A stretch of 47,312 nt of DNA, filler included, from Catajapyx aquilonaris (GCA_000934665.2; 2 parts of 2 records of this genome joined end to end with filler, not necessarily neighbours in it); one strand, 5' to 3'; counted from the whole stretch's first letter, positions 1 through 13,429 are shown. Notes: generated from the sequence alone by a model not told the origin. Numbers and translations: made by a program.

Positions 1-99
1 CAACGCCTCCGGACGGTTCTCGAATGGAGTGGTGACATCCAGGATCATCAGAACATCAGCACCCTGGGAGATGACCAGGTCCGGCCGCAAGGGGGAAAA

Positions 100-170
100 A
101 AAGACCTGTCCGGCTTGGGTGGCCCTACCAGTAGACGAAGCTACCGCCGGCATAGCTCTTGGGGGTCACT
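100..170 (-). mobile_element. RTE-clade LINE 5' UTR-like fragment
   Basis: The minus strand reads CAGTGACCCCCAAGAGCTATGCCGGCGGTAGC...TACTGGTAGGGCCACCCAAGCCGGACAGGTC. This resembles the conserved 5' leader of RTE/BovB/Expander elements (GAGCTATGCC...GGGCCACCCA...GGACAGGTC) as recalled. Confidence 0.55.
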
Positions 171-227
171 GTTTGGTTTTCTAAAATCAACTAAAGAAAT
201 TATTGCCGCATAGACTTTTGGATGTAA

Positions 228-380
228 TTTTATAAAGGGATCTTCATGCCTCATAATTATGACAGTATGATCATTGTACATATTTCAATGCATCCGGAAT
301 TAACCCAAATCCATATTACGACGAATTTGGATCCAAAATGGCGTCCAATTATACACCTAGGCCATACCTTTTCACATCTT
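228..380 (+). pseudogene. Possible decayed adenain-like (Polinton) cysteine protease N-terminus
   Basis: The frame reads FYKGIFMPHN...IHITTNLDPKWRPIIHL, loosely matching FxGVFxxDxLP...IxNxDxxxxPGxHW. The catalytic HW is not intact. Confidence 0.25.
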
Positions 381-769
381 GATCATAGCGATGCTCCTGC
401 CATCTGTCCCCAACCATCCGAACTTCAAATATAGCCGCTTATTTTTTTCGCAAACGACTTTAAATGGAAATGTAGCTGTTATTTGTGCAGCTGTTGCGTG
501 ATTATCTACATTTTCGGCCCTCCCTCTTAATTTTTTTTAATACACTTTCAAGATGGCTTCGGGGTGTTCGAATCTTTTCTCCTCTCAGAATCTGGCTTCA
601 TCTGGTGGTTTGGTCGGAGTGGATGGGGTCGTAGTATGGCCTTGTTGGGAGGGAAGACGATGGAGGTTGGATGGGTGGTTAGAGCCACGGGGGTTTGGAG
701 GTGGAGGAAGCCTTACAGAGATTGGGGGGGGAAAGGTCCATACAAAAGGATGTTCCATAAGTGTTATTC

Positions 770-1440
770 CGTTGCAAAGCGCAATTGTTTGTGACAGGTA
801 CATACACGACTAGTGTGCAATTTAATGCTTGTAAAACCCACTTCAGGTGATGCAAGACATAATCGTTGCTCTATTGGTATGGGAAGCTATGTGAATCTGT
901 AAGCTTGTGTATGAGCTATGAAATTCTGCTGTATTTTTCACTGGCCGTTATGTTTTAATTACTCTTGAACGTGTCGTCACGTATATTCCGTGAAAGGATT
1001 CTGGGATGTTCATGCATTTCAGGCGCAATGTAATTTTCAGACTTCTTCATGTCGGCTTCGATGCTGCCATTCTAGTACTTTCAGTAGGTCCATGCAACAA
1101 GCTAATTAACCTGCCCTGACATGACCACTGGAAAATAACATAGTGTGCTTATTGAGTCATTACGTATGTTTAAAACTATGCGTCAAATCTCTGTGGAAGT
1201 TATTATTTCAACAATTATCCATGGACCACTGTTTTTAAGGTATGCGGTATTTGCATTTACTTGTGCCTCCGTATGTGGCTTTTGAGTACAGGTGTCTCGG
1301 TTTGTAGCTGACACTTGCTGTGATACGTGTCCGTCCTTGTATAGTTAACATACCGGTACCAAAGAGAATGAAACAATTGAATGACATGCCATATGCAGGA
1401 GTATGATGAACAGGGTTTGTTGCATGGCGAAGATGGTGGA
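770..1440 (-). pseudogene. Module A copy (decayed ORF ending in C2H2-like fingers)
   Basis: Minus-strand peptides YGMSFNCFILFGTGMLTIQGRT, TSIKLHTSRVCTCHK and CALQR. Aligns by eye with 4360-5060, 10000-10520 and 13430-14190. Confidence 0.6.
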
Positions 1441-1779
1441 TGGAGATGACAAGGGCTGCTGTGCACAACTATTAGGACTGAAAGTCTTATAATTACATAA
1501 CATGGTATGGGATTAGGCCAGGATCATGCTGGGAAAGTGCTTTTTATTAGTAGTCATTCATGTTGGTTGTATTGTAAGTAAATAGTCTGTTGATTTTGTT
1601 ATGAGAAGACATACTCTTGGTTTAGATATGGTGGCAGGTAGTTCAACCTTTCCTTATCAACATTTTAAATTACTTTGATGGGTATCTCTTTCATCAACTC
1701 CAGCTGGTTTCGGCTTGCATCTGCATTTGGGTTGGTTCTACAGATGGTTGTCACTGCATAGCGTCATTGGCTGTTCCAG

Positions 1780-2030
1780 TGTTCGTAGGAAGGCCGCCTG
1801 AGATATTCCTTCTTTTCGATACTCAGGGTCAGAAGACTTGGGGTTTATGTTTCACCAATATACATAAAGTCAATATATTCATATCCTATTGCTGGTATGG
1901 AAATCTAATATGGAAATCAGCGTTTCACTTGGTTTTTGGAAAACCATGTAGCGTTATTTACTAAAACAGAACTTGTGCAAGCATTTAATGCATGGACTGG
2001 TATGATTGAAATCAGAATTAGGTACGAAAT
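1780..2030. repeat. Module B copy
   Basis: ATGGAAATCT...AAATCAGCG(T/A)TTCACTTGG...ATGGACT...ATTGAAATCAG is shared with 5070-5320 and 7460-7730, and partly with about 10880-10990. Confidence 0.75.
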
Positions 2031-4359
2031 TAATAGGTCATTTGATTGAAATAGGTCAGATATATTTGGTGATCATTTGTGTGTTGGTAACTCGATGCTC
2101 TGTTTGGGTAAGTTGTGACTCAAGTAGTAGGCAGTCGCCTCCTCGACTCTGACCTCGCTAATATTGTTACTCGTGCCCCTTGTGTTGGGCAGAGTAGCGG
2201 CAATGTGTTCAGTCTTACATGTCAAATTCAGATGTGGTCAGATTTAAGTGTCTCGTAATAGTCAAATGCAACATTAATAGTCACCAGACATATGAATATT
2301 GTATTCCAGTTGTGGAGGCATAGATCACAATTGCATCAAATATAATTGGCAATAGTCAGTATTTTCTGGTTACATGAATGTTACTACATCCCTCATTTTG
2401 ACGTACGTGCTTCGGCAGACATCTGTACTACAGCAGTTTTTGGTTGATGACATCCCAGCTGTCAGGGTTTTGCGAATCATGGAGCCCATGCTATCGAAGG
2501 TCCTGTGTATGATAGGCTGATTTCATGTGTCTATGCAGTACTTTACATTCACTCTTATTGCGGGGAATATTACGTACTTTGACAGTTGGTGTGGTATGTC
2601 TCTGTTTGACGTATTATTTTTACCGATTTAATTTCTGACCATTTGTGTCTTTCACATGGTTTCACATTGAACGTTTGTTTGGTTTTCTCATCCGCCCTGA
2701 CCTGGCATCATCTTCAAGGGTGTACAATGTTTTTATGTCGGACAACATCCGATAAGTAATAATTAGAAATATTTCTCATCTGATTCTTGTATGGCATATT
2801 CCACTCACCTTGAACAAAATCACGCAGCTGTGCCGGCTCTAATTTTTCATTATGCCTCATTTGAATTCCAATGGAATGCAGTTAACCTAAATTTTTGAAC
2901 CTACAAGATGGTCTGAAAAAGAAGTATGTTCATTGAGACTTCTAAGCAGCATGTGTCCATTAATCAACGGTATTGAAGTGTCCATACTGTACATGTGATA
3001 TGTGAACCTTAATTCATTTCATTATGCGTCTCAAAATGTGAATAATTATCACTGTTTGGAGGAGTTTGGGGGACTTGAACGAGGTGATCTAGCCTGCTAT
3101 TAACATGTAATGTTATTTCAGTAAGATGTAAATGAATACATGTTTCGGGCAAGCTTAGTGAGTATGTACCCAACACAAGGTCAGAAAGACCAAGTGGTAT
3201 GTCTAACCCTAGATGCATTTTGCGGGCATGTCCCCAGTGTTCAAGTGCTAATTGTGGTATTTCTTCTTATTCATGTCTGCTTATGGATTTTCGTGCCTCA
3301 GTGTGTTCATACAAGCCAATTAACCTGTACGTACATAATGCTTAAATGATGGCCGAGAAATGACACTAAAATGTGAATGGAAATCGCTTTCCTTTGAGTT
3401 TACTTGATGTTTTGCCTCCCGAGGACCAGTTCCGACTAAAACAGTGCCAAGTCATCCAAATGGAATAAATTTGTCACTGTTAGGCTCCATCCGAAATAAT
3501 AGTCACATGGTGGACTCGTCATTTGCCCTACACTTGAAAAGCTCCACTAATATTGTACGAATGATTTGGATATTTTTCACTTCGCCTCTCCTACTTTTTT
3601 CTACTGTTCTAGTAAGTGTTAAAGCAAGTTAAGTATTTGAATTTAAAATTAGTTGCTGGGTGAAATCTGCTTCCTTCCCTGCTTACATAATTGCTGTCGT
3701 TGCTCCGTACACTCGCTCCTTTTTCTACCCTTGTTGCCCGTGCAGGCAGTATTATTCGGTATGACTACAAACTGATATGTATGACTCAAGTTTATTATTA
3801 TGCCCTTTGCTCGGAAAAATCCCATTCCGATTAACTTTAAACTGGATATTTAACTTTCGGTGAAACAGGCCTGTCGCCTGCTTCATTGGAATTGTCCTGC
3901 TCATCTCTGTGGCATGGGATCGTAGCACTACTGAAGTTGCATTCAGCTTGGCAAAATCCACAGACAGCTATGACATTACCGAACTACATATTCGTAGCAG
4001 TGTGCATTATCCTATTGTCTCAAAGTAAGGATCAGTTGTGTGAACCCTTTTGTGCCATGCAAGTTCAGGTATACATCATGACAAATGGAAATACTCCGGC
4101 TTGTTCTGCTTTTTTTCTTGGTTGACTTAAAATTGGTGCAGAAAGCTGTGGGGTTTAAAGTGTCATATTTATCCATATCGGCACACTTGAATACATTTCA
4201 TTACATAAGTTATGTGAGTGGGAAGTGTAAACTCATTTCAGCTGTATATCAATTATGCGGGGACCCCCATGTGGCACTCCCCTCCATTCTCATGTGGAAT
4301 AAAAATGTTTGAATTTTTAAAAAAACTAGGAAATTTATATGTTGTATGAATTATTTTAT

Positions 4360-5060
4360 TTACACAGGTACACACATTACTAGTGTGCAATTTAATGCTT
4401 GTAAAATCCACTTCTGCTGCTGGAATACGTATTCCATCTGTGACACGGCCGTTTCGCTATTGCAATAGTACCGGTATATTGGTATGGAAATTTTGTGTCA
4501 AAGTGCATCCTTGCCTATGAGGAAAAGGGCTCGTCACGGCTCATTCAGTTCTGCCTTCGACTTCCGTTATGGTTTCATTATTCTTGAACATATGGCAACA
4601 TGCATCACATGAAAGGATTCTGTGATGTTCGTGCCTTTCAGACAAAATGCAATATGCAGTGTTGTGTTTCGGCCTATTCACGTCTGCTTCGATTCCGCTC
4701 AGGTTCTAGTATTTTAGTGCCTGGCTGAGTTCATACAACAAGCTAATTAACCTGCACCTAATACTGACATAATCACAGAAATGACATAGTGTGCTTATCG
4801 AGTCATTACATATGGTTGAAACTATTAGTCAAAGAAATAACCCCAGTGTAAGGAATTATTTCAACAAATATATCCCATGGACTGTTGTTTTAAAGGTAGG
4901 CAGTATTTGGGTTTGCTTGTGCCTTTCCTGATGGTGTCTAGGGGTGTTCATTATGGTAGGTGACACTTGCTTTCTTGTTTAGTTAACATGCCAAGGAGTT
5001 TGAAACAATTCAATGATATGACACATACAGCAGTATTCTCAACAGGTATTTGATGGTAAC
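4360..5060 (-). pseudogene. Module A copy
   Basis: Minus-strand peptides ISLNCFKLLGMLT, GIEADVNRPKHNT, HEHHRILSCDACCHMFKNNETIT and TSIKLHTSNVCTC, with frameshifts and stops. Confidence 0.6.
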
Positions 5061-5069
5061 AGATTCTCC

Positions 5070-5320
5070 ACCGTTTTGTGTAGGGACTGCCCCAGCACTA
5101 GTCCTTATCTTTTGAAGCCCTTCATCTAGACTCAGCGTCAGCAGGCACGGGGTTGTGTTTCTTAAGCTATATTAAGTTAATATATTTGTCTTCTTGATGG
5201 CATGGAAATCTACTAATGTAAATCAGCGATTCACTTGGATTTTGTAAAATCATGTAGCATCATTTGCTATAGCAGACTCGTGCAACCAATGGACTCATAT
5301 AATTGAAATCAGTCGTATGA
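5070..5320. repeat. Module B copy
   Basis: TGTAGGGACTGCCCC...AGTCCTTAT...TTCATCTAGACTCA is nearly identical in layout to 7460-7730. Confidence 0.75.
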
Positions 5321-7339
5321 CATGAATAAGTACTCTTCACTGTAATTAGCGAGATATGTATTCTTGACGATCAATACAGTGTCCGGCATTTTATTCTCCT
5401 AGTAGTTGGTATGAGACGGCAATGAGGTGCTGATCAATAAATTAGTGGGACGGGTCCAGTTTGCTCTGGACTATGTAAATGACCCTACTCTTAAAATGAA
5501 TCATGTGATACTCACGTAGGGATTTATGCCATAACTTTCGTCATGGCATTGGCCACGGCCACCCCACACCATCTGGGTCCTCTTCACCCCGCATTGTGTC
5601 CTTCTGCTCCTTCTCAGGGCCTGTAACAATTATTTAAATGAGACATTAAATGAGACGGAGCTGACATCTCATTGTTGTTTTATTGCTCTTCTCAACAAGT
5701 CGTACGGATTTTCATAAATACAAATTATTACACCACGTAAACACTAGTCCTTTTGTAGTGGCGTCAGTACGGTACCCTCTCTCATATATATTAAAGTGAA
5801 CCACATGATCAGAAGATTACTGTCCATTTTTTTTCTTTAGTTTTTAAATAGGCGGGTCACATGTATTTGAATGTGCAATTGTGCATTACACTGAATAGGC
5901 CTATGCAATGCGAAATATTTTCATGTAGTTGATGGTTGCAGGCATGCTATCGTTGTTGTTTTGTTACGCACATGGATTTGGCATGTGATACTTGGGAGTC
6001 ATAAAGATGCCAGCTATTGAATCCTTCCCTGCCAATGTGAAAGCTAAGCCTACAACACTTATTACAATAAACAACAATAAGCAACCTACACTTGTTTCTG
6101 CATGTTGTTGTACTCCTTTGGAGTGAAATTTTCTCACTGTGTGATGGTGGGCGAGAGGCGAATCACTCTGTGGCCTCGTTTGTCTGGTTCCTTCTTTATT
6201 TCGATGTTTTCATTTCTTTTCATGTTAATTGCCCAACATATTCGCAAACATATCTTAATGGCGTCTTTCGGTGGTATGTCTTGGTTTCTTCTCTTGTTGG
6301 AAGTGTTGGAGGTCACATTTTAATTGTCGTTTTCCGGATGGCGCCGTAAAATGCTGTGTAATCAGTATCACTAAATTGAACTTTTTTTTTTCTCTCCTCC
6401 AACTGTATAACAGAATCTTTGTGCATGGTACACCCATTATACAGGTCGCGCCCCTCCCTGTCGGAATGTTCTCCGAAAACGCGCAGAAATCCTAGCATAA
6501 AGACTTTTAAGCATTTCCGGGCCTTCAATATCCGAAAAACATCCAGGGTGTAGTGCAACATGGACCTGCATCACTGTCTTATAACATCTGACCCTCTTGT
6601 CACAATCAAGTTCACAGCCTGCTACCTCAGGAAGTTGCCAACCATGAAAAGGGCTGTTTCTCTCAGGAACCTCTTCGTCTTCAACAAGAGCCTCAGTTTA
6701 TGTAATGTCCAGTGAAATTGTATGAGTCCAGTGGCGACAAATAAGTTCATTTTGGATATTTATTACATTAAAGTACAGTATTTGAAGCCATTTTGGCAAA
6801 TATGGCACATGTCAGGAGGATTTTTTAAAGGTTTGCCACATACCGCCTGTCCTCCTGCCGGCTAGTTCCCTTTCTAGAGTTAGTCACCCCATCCACTCCA
6901 TGCAGTGGGGCCCTCTCCCTCCGTGCAAAATGTCTCTGTCGCAGGATTCTGTCCGAAATGTCGTTGTCGCCTCTGTCCATCTAGTCCTATCACTGTGTTT
7001 ACAAGCAGCAGACACTCCAATTGAACTGAAATACTGTGGTAAAGTTAGTCAAGAAAAATAATGTGAACATATTTATGTTTCTTCTGATGGACAGATAGAC
7101 CATTTGCTTTTTGGCTACCTTGCACATACACAGATAAAGATTCGTTCTATGTTATTCAGAACATATGTGCGCGGTTGCTGTATGGACTGACTGGCTCAAT
7201 GTGGCGATCTCAATATGGTCATATCTGTAGTCTTTGCTGTGGCGTCGCTGGTTTGAGTTCTCTTCCTCTCCACAAGACGTCAGGCATTTACTCAAATTTA
7301 ACCTCTCATTATCAGTAGCTTTTGGGTGTTGGTCCTAGT

Positions 7340-7790
7340 AAGTTACATTAGCAGTGATAAGGAGGCCCTTGTTTAGTTAACGTACCAAAGAGTTTGGAAT
7401 AATTCAATGACAAGTCATATACACCAATGCTCAACAGGTCCTTGATGGTAATATCTTATCCACAGTTTGTAGGGACTGCCCCATACCTTAGTCCTTATAT
7501 TTTCACCCTTTCATCTAGACTCACGGTCAGCAGAGTCAGGGTTTCGTTTCTTCAAATATATTAATCAAATATATTTGTCCTTTTTAGAGCATGGAAATCT
7601 GCGAAGTACTATGTAAATCAGAGATTCACTTGGATTTTGGGGGAAAAAAACATGTGGGATTATTTGCTGAAAGAGACCAAATCTTGCAAGCAATCAATGC
7701 ATGGACTCGTATGATTGAAATCAGGTTTTAGGTATTGTCAGTGAAATTGGCGAGATGTATTATATTTCATGATAATGAGAGTGTTGGTTG
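7340..7790. repeat. Partial module A plus module B copy
   Basis: Collinear with about 4970-5390. Confidence 0.75.
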
Positions 7791-8799
7791 CTCTATGGTC
7801 CAGCTAGGCTATATTGTGAAGGCAGAGTTGAATAAGGCGGTATACACCGGCTTCATCACCTCCTTCGCGAAATCATTGTCCACCTGAATGCAATAGTGTA
7901 ACTACCACCTTGTGGTGGGCCTAATAGTGGCTATATTGTGGGTCATGTGATTCTGATTGAGTCCATTTCATGTTCAGTCATCCATCCTGATCCGGAATTA
8001 ATTTCCATGGTCATGGTGTAATTTCAAACAACATCCAATGAGTAATGAACAATATATATAATATACTGAAATTTCCAAGTGAGATCAATGCTGAATTCTG
8101 AATTGGATTTTGCAAGCAATATTTTTGATTCTTACTCTCAAATAGTACGGAAATGTGTTAGTTGCTGAGGAGGCAGGCCTGCTGAAATTTCCAGTAGTCC
8201 TATGCTATGTAATGCCAGGAGCCGAAGGGGGACACCTCCAGATGAGAGGAAGTGCTCTGCACGAAGTTTTGGTACGCTATTGAAGTAGCTCCCTGAAATT
8301 GCCACTTACATTCGACTGCTCAGTTTGCCACCTTTTTAAAGCCCTATATACATAGCTCGTGATTGGCGATTTTGTGACGATATTTACTGTCACGGTGGAT
8401 ATATTCTCGGATTTATACCAATGTATAAATCTATGATAATTTTCATGTGCAACATTTCGGCTGCGAGGTTTTGCAAATAATGAGGAGTTCATACGATCCG
8501 TGTATGTTAGGTTGATTTCATCTGTGCAGTACTTTTACGTTCACTTTTATTACTGGCAATATTATTGAGGCAGTTGATGTAATATGCCAATTAGGACTTC
8601 CCAAGCCAATAAAGGCCCATCTCTGCCTCGATACGAGTCGTCCTTTCTAATCTCCCAGATTGCATTGGTGCATGACGCAGTTTTGTTGACATTTTATTAC
8701 ATTGTATACGTTGTTTGATTTCTAGTTGCTTAATTATTGGTACAAGACATATTCTGTGCGCTTCAGCAGTCATCACTTCAACAGTCCTCGTTGATGGCA

Positions 8800-8950
8800 T
8801 TTTGGCGCAGATGTTATTTACAAGGGGGTGAATTCGAGGACATGACAGGCGCATGGGTAAGTATAGTGGAACATTTCCTGGTTCACAAAAATTAAATCCG
8901 GGGATATGTAATTCAAAAGGAAGCTTATCAATCGACTTATTGTTAGCATT
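8800..8950 (-). pseudogene. Parvovirus-type phospholipase A2 (PLA2X) fragment typical of Polinton/Maverick (adintovirus) elements
   Basis: NKSIDKLPFELHIPGFNFCEPG...RLSCPRIHPLVNNIC matches the recalled pattern INKLPFELHIPGYxxCGPGT...RL...GINPLDxAC. The catalytic HD is not retained. Confidence 0.65.
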
Positions 8951-9999
8951 GTCGGGATGGAGAAGGAGCGAGATGACAGTTCTCTTCTGTATCCACGAAA
9001 GCATTTTCCACCTTTTCCTTGTTTATCGAATAGTCTCGGCCTTTGTCTGCAACCGTATCTGTGGATAAGAGTTTCTTTCTGATTCCTGCATAAGTGCTGA
9101 AATTGAACAAAACCGACACAACTAGGCCGAATCTTATTATTGTGTGACGTATACTTGTCAGTGAAAAGCTTCAGAAGCGTATTAGGTGGCTGATAGGTAA
9201 TAAAGTGAGTGGTGCTATTCCCTCTCTAATAATAATTATTATTATTACAGTGTCATAAGTGGAACCCTTATTACATCTCAACCGCCATTGATGATGAATC
9301 AGCCAGCCTATGGTTGTGCCTGAAGGTACCCATTATAGTTGATATACTGTAGCTATACATCGCGACTGTCGTTGTTGGACTCTGACTAAGCAGCCTTTCT
9401 ATCGAATTCAAAAGTTGCCCAGTCTGTCTTACTGAATCATCCCATGACTGTGATTGGTGACCGTCATCGCATTTTCCGTCCTTCTTGCCCGTGTAGGCTT
9501 CCCGCAGTATTACTACAACGTGATGTATTATCTCAAGTTTATTGTTATGCTCTCTTCTGCACATGTCACTGCGACTCCTTAGATTCCGCCGTTTCCACAT
9601 GTTTAGAAGTGTTGCAACGATGGAAATAAATGACGTCAGTGTCAAAAATTATACTGTGCAATGACCGGTGGTTTCAAATTAAGGACCAGTTGTGTGTAGG
9701 ACAATACAAGTTCAGGTGTTGGGCCTGGTATACGTTATGCGTCCTGGATGATAGGTGTCTCTTGCTTTTTTTCTTGCTTGACCTAAAATTAGTTCAGAAA
9801 GCCATGGAGTTTAAAGTATTGTAATGATCCATACGTTCGTACTTTAATACATATTAATTTCATATCCCGCCAAAATGAGATTTTTCGATTGACAATTGCA
9901 CAACTCAGCAGTCATTGATGCCATATCTGACTGAGAAGTGTAAACTAATTTCAGCTGAATATCAATTATGAATTTTAAAACTAATTGCATATAACTTAT

Positions 10000-10520
10000 T
10001 TTGGCAGTTTTGCCTTCTTTTTCATTATGACTGTTATGGTTTCATTATCCTTGAACATATGGCCATCTACTGTATATTGCATGAAAGGATTCTGTCGTGT
10101 TCTTGTATTCTTTCCAGATACAATGCCATTTGCAGTGTTGTGTTTCGGCCTATTCATGTGTCCTTCTATTCCGTCTATGTTTAGTATTCTCGGCCTGGAT
10201 AATTTCATGCAACGAGCTAATCAACTTGCAGCTAAAGCTGACATGATGACTGAGAAATGACACTAAATAACCTAGTGGGCATATTGAGACGTTACATATG
10301 GTTATAACTATGAGTCAAAGAAGTGACCTCAGTATAAGTAATTATTGCGACAAATAATCCATGGCCGACTGTTTTTAAAGGCGGAGCTGCTGTGACCAAT
10401 GTGGGGGTGTTGGGACACTTGGAGTGATAAGGGTCCTTCCCTGTATAGTTAACATGCCAAAGAGTTTGAAACAATTCAATGACATGTCATATGCAACGGT
10501 GTGCTTAACATGATTTTTCC
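10000..10520 (-). pseudogene. Module A copy
   Basis: Peptides YDMSLNCFKLFGMLTIQGRTLIT, GLFVAIITYTEVTSLTHSYNHM, GIEGHMNRPKHNT and HMFKDNETIT. Confidence 0.6.
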
Positions 10521-11988
10521 ATTAATGATGAGGAAGGTGGGCAAGATGAGCAGGTGCGGGTAATATGTTGGCTTCCTCCTTCAGATTCCATGATCACATT
10601 CATGCATTAGGCAATGAGCTATTGAGTCAGGCTCTTGCCCATGTATGGCTGGAGATACCTCTTGAGTCCCTCCAACCGTCCCTCTCGTGGATAAATCTCA
10701 GGCTCAGTAATGAGTATATGTGTTGGTTTTGTTATGAGAATACTCAATCTTGATTTAAAAACCTCGGACTGAGTGCTAAGGTGGCAGGCAGTTCCTCCGT
10801 ATGTCTGCATCAGCTCCACAGATGGTCCTCAAGGCACCTGCAGCCACTGTACGTCGGAGTCCTGGATAGTTATCCCTTCTCTACCATGTGTAGGGGCTGC
10901 CCCAGAGGTTGTCCTTATCTTTTGCAGCGTTCATGTTTAGGCTCAGGGTCCTACGTTCCCTGATCATCTTATTGATATTTGTACTGCTACATCTGAGAGG
11001 TTTGCTTGAGAGGTGGTGCTACCTCTTGAGTCCCGCCAACCGATCCTCTGCTAGATCAAACAGAATCTCACACTTGATTGTCGCAATAAGGCATGCTCGG
11101 GAAATGTCTCGGGTCAATCTCACGGCTATTGCCTCAATCGGGCGTAGTACAATCCAATCGTACAATATATCTGGCTTATGTTTTCCATGGCCTTCTCTGC
11201 AAGCTGTCCAGCTGTGATATCGAGCCAAATTTCCCATCTCAGTCTACAATTGCTTGTACTGTAGTAATCCGTAATTATTTTCCCTGCACAGAATAGGCGC
11301 CTACTACTTATGGGAGCGGCCAATCCTCCGAGTTAATTAATATTGAATGCAATGAAATAGCATTATTACTCTCACCTCATAATTAGCATGGTCCCTTGCG
11401 TACAGTAAAAAGGCAACTGTTGTGCAATCCCTTTAGGGTGGGAAAGAGTACCTAACAATACCGATACTGAAATTTAAATGTGATTTCATAGCTGCGAATT
11501 CTGAAATTGAGTCTTGCAGGTTACTTACGTTGTTGATGTCTGTTGCCTCACCTTCCGCCGTCATCTCCGTTGCCAAGCGAAGACTGCTTCAATCACTGTA
11601 AAAAATTGCCTTTGCAACAGTGGAAAATATGCAAATCCTTCGTGCTGCTGATGCATCATCATTGTCGGAGTCAGCTGGCTTCTTGTTCAATTCTTGGGCA
11701 TCCTCACCTATACACATCGTGTCTAGTCGCCACACCTATGCTTTCATCTTTGGAGTGTATTCTACGTCATAAGGTTTCTTATTTCCATGCCGTTCAGGAA
11801 GTCATGTGATTGTGATGTTATAAAGGCTTACACCCCCCATTCTCCCTTCCACCCAGAGGCGCTCTCTGCCCTATAGAGGAGTAGCCCATCCGAGATTCCT
11901 CGCCATAAGTTGAGCTTTTAGTTCCCCGGGTTGGGTTACACACAGGTTTCACTGTACTGTGCTATGTTTCATTACTCCAGCATTTGGA

Positions 11989-12029
11989 CAGGGAGCATAT
12001 ACTACAATATATATAGTATATGCTCCCTG
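11989..12029. mobile_element. 41-bp MITE, P-element-like ends, 7-bp TSD
   Basis: Perfect 16-bp TIRs CAGGGAGCATATACTA / TAGTATATGCTCCCTG with a 9-bp spacer, flanked by the direct repeat ATTTGGA (11982-11988, 12030-12036). Confidence 0.75.
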
Positions 12030-12643
12030 ATTTGGAGATGTTATTAGGCTACGGGAATGTCACATTGATTGTTGTGGTTCATTGTTATGTAAATACAGGG
12101 TGATCGAAAAAAGAATGCGCGGAGTGATAGAATATGAGTGATGTAGTCGATTAAGTCTCCGAAGTGGGCGGTTATCAAGATATGTGCAACATTAATGTAC
12201 AACTGATTTATGAATATTATACTGTATAACCAGTTGTGCCACCATAGAGAACAATTACGTCAAATACAACAAGCTAGTAGTGTTTTCTGGTTAAAAGAAT
12301 GTGTTACTCAACCCACCTTTCGATGTGTACTTTAGCAGACATCTGTAATTCAGCAGCTTTTGTTGATGACATTTCATCTGTCAGGGTTTTCGAATGATAG
12401 GAGCCCATATACGATCGAAGGTCCCGATGTGCAATGCATTTCGGTTAAAACCGCATCTTTTTTTAAAAATGCAATTTCAAGTGCTTATACTGTCGTGGGG
12501 CTACCTCTTGAGGTACAATCCTATACTGGTTTGTATTGAAATATTTGACCGTCACAAAATTTTCATTCGAGTTGTTTCATGACATTTTCGGCCAGTCCAG
12601 AATATGAATTCCGGTACCATTTTTGTCGTCGCTACAAGTGTTT

Positions 12644-13069
12644 TCATTTATCCACAGATAATTTCGCTTTCCTTATGGGCGCCGCAGGTTTCATTACTTC
12701 TGCATTTGGATTTAGCGACGGGAATGGTCGAAAATTTTCTTGCATCGACTTTTCTTCATCTTCAATTTGTGACTCATGCAGGGTGTGCGTGAGTAAGATC
12801 TGCTCTGTTATTATACGAACCATTTCCCTTGTTTGACCTAAAAAGGCCCTTCTGTGTTCAGCCGCCATTGCATATCTTTTCAAGGCATCCAGCCTGAAGT
12901 TGAAACTTGTTGCACAAATCATAAAAACTTTCATGTATTTTGATTCGGTAAAATTATTTAGCAGTATATGGGTCCAAACTACATTTTGTGACCTTATTGA
13001 CTGTGAGCAAACGGGTTGCGGTGCACATTCTAACTTTTTGAGGAACTTGTTGTACAGCGTTTCGTACAT
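12644..13069 (-). pseudogene. 141-aa ORF with a decayed zinc-finger-like motif
   Basis: ICATSFNFRLDALKRYAMAAEH resembles C..F.FR.D.L.RH....H fingers, with the first His lost. Confidence 0.3.
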
Positions 13070-13429
13070 CTTGGCAAATATGGCGCTATGACTAGGCCTA
13101 CTTAGTAGTTGAGCTCACATTCACAGCAGTGTCATTGTCGTAAAATTGTCGTAAAAGGGAAATTTGAGGTATCAATTCAAAACTGGGGGTGTCATGGTTG
13201 TGTACCAAAACATTTGACCTTCACAAAGTGTGCTTGGGACACATTTCATGCCATTTTGAACACTCCAGCATGGAAGTTTCGTCTCCCATTTTAACTGGAA
13301 AAATTATGTAACGTACTAATACTGCGAAGGGTTTAAACCTGCATGCATCCGTGCAAAAGGCAGTGCCAATGCCATTACAGCACTTATTTCTTGTTCAGAT
13401 GGCAATAATGAGTGTAAACTTGTTTCTGA

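Noticed and set aside
11811..11940. Possible short solo LTR (TG...CA)
   Set aside because: No convincing TSD, second copy, PBS or PPT.
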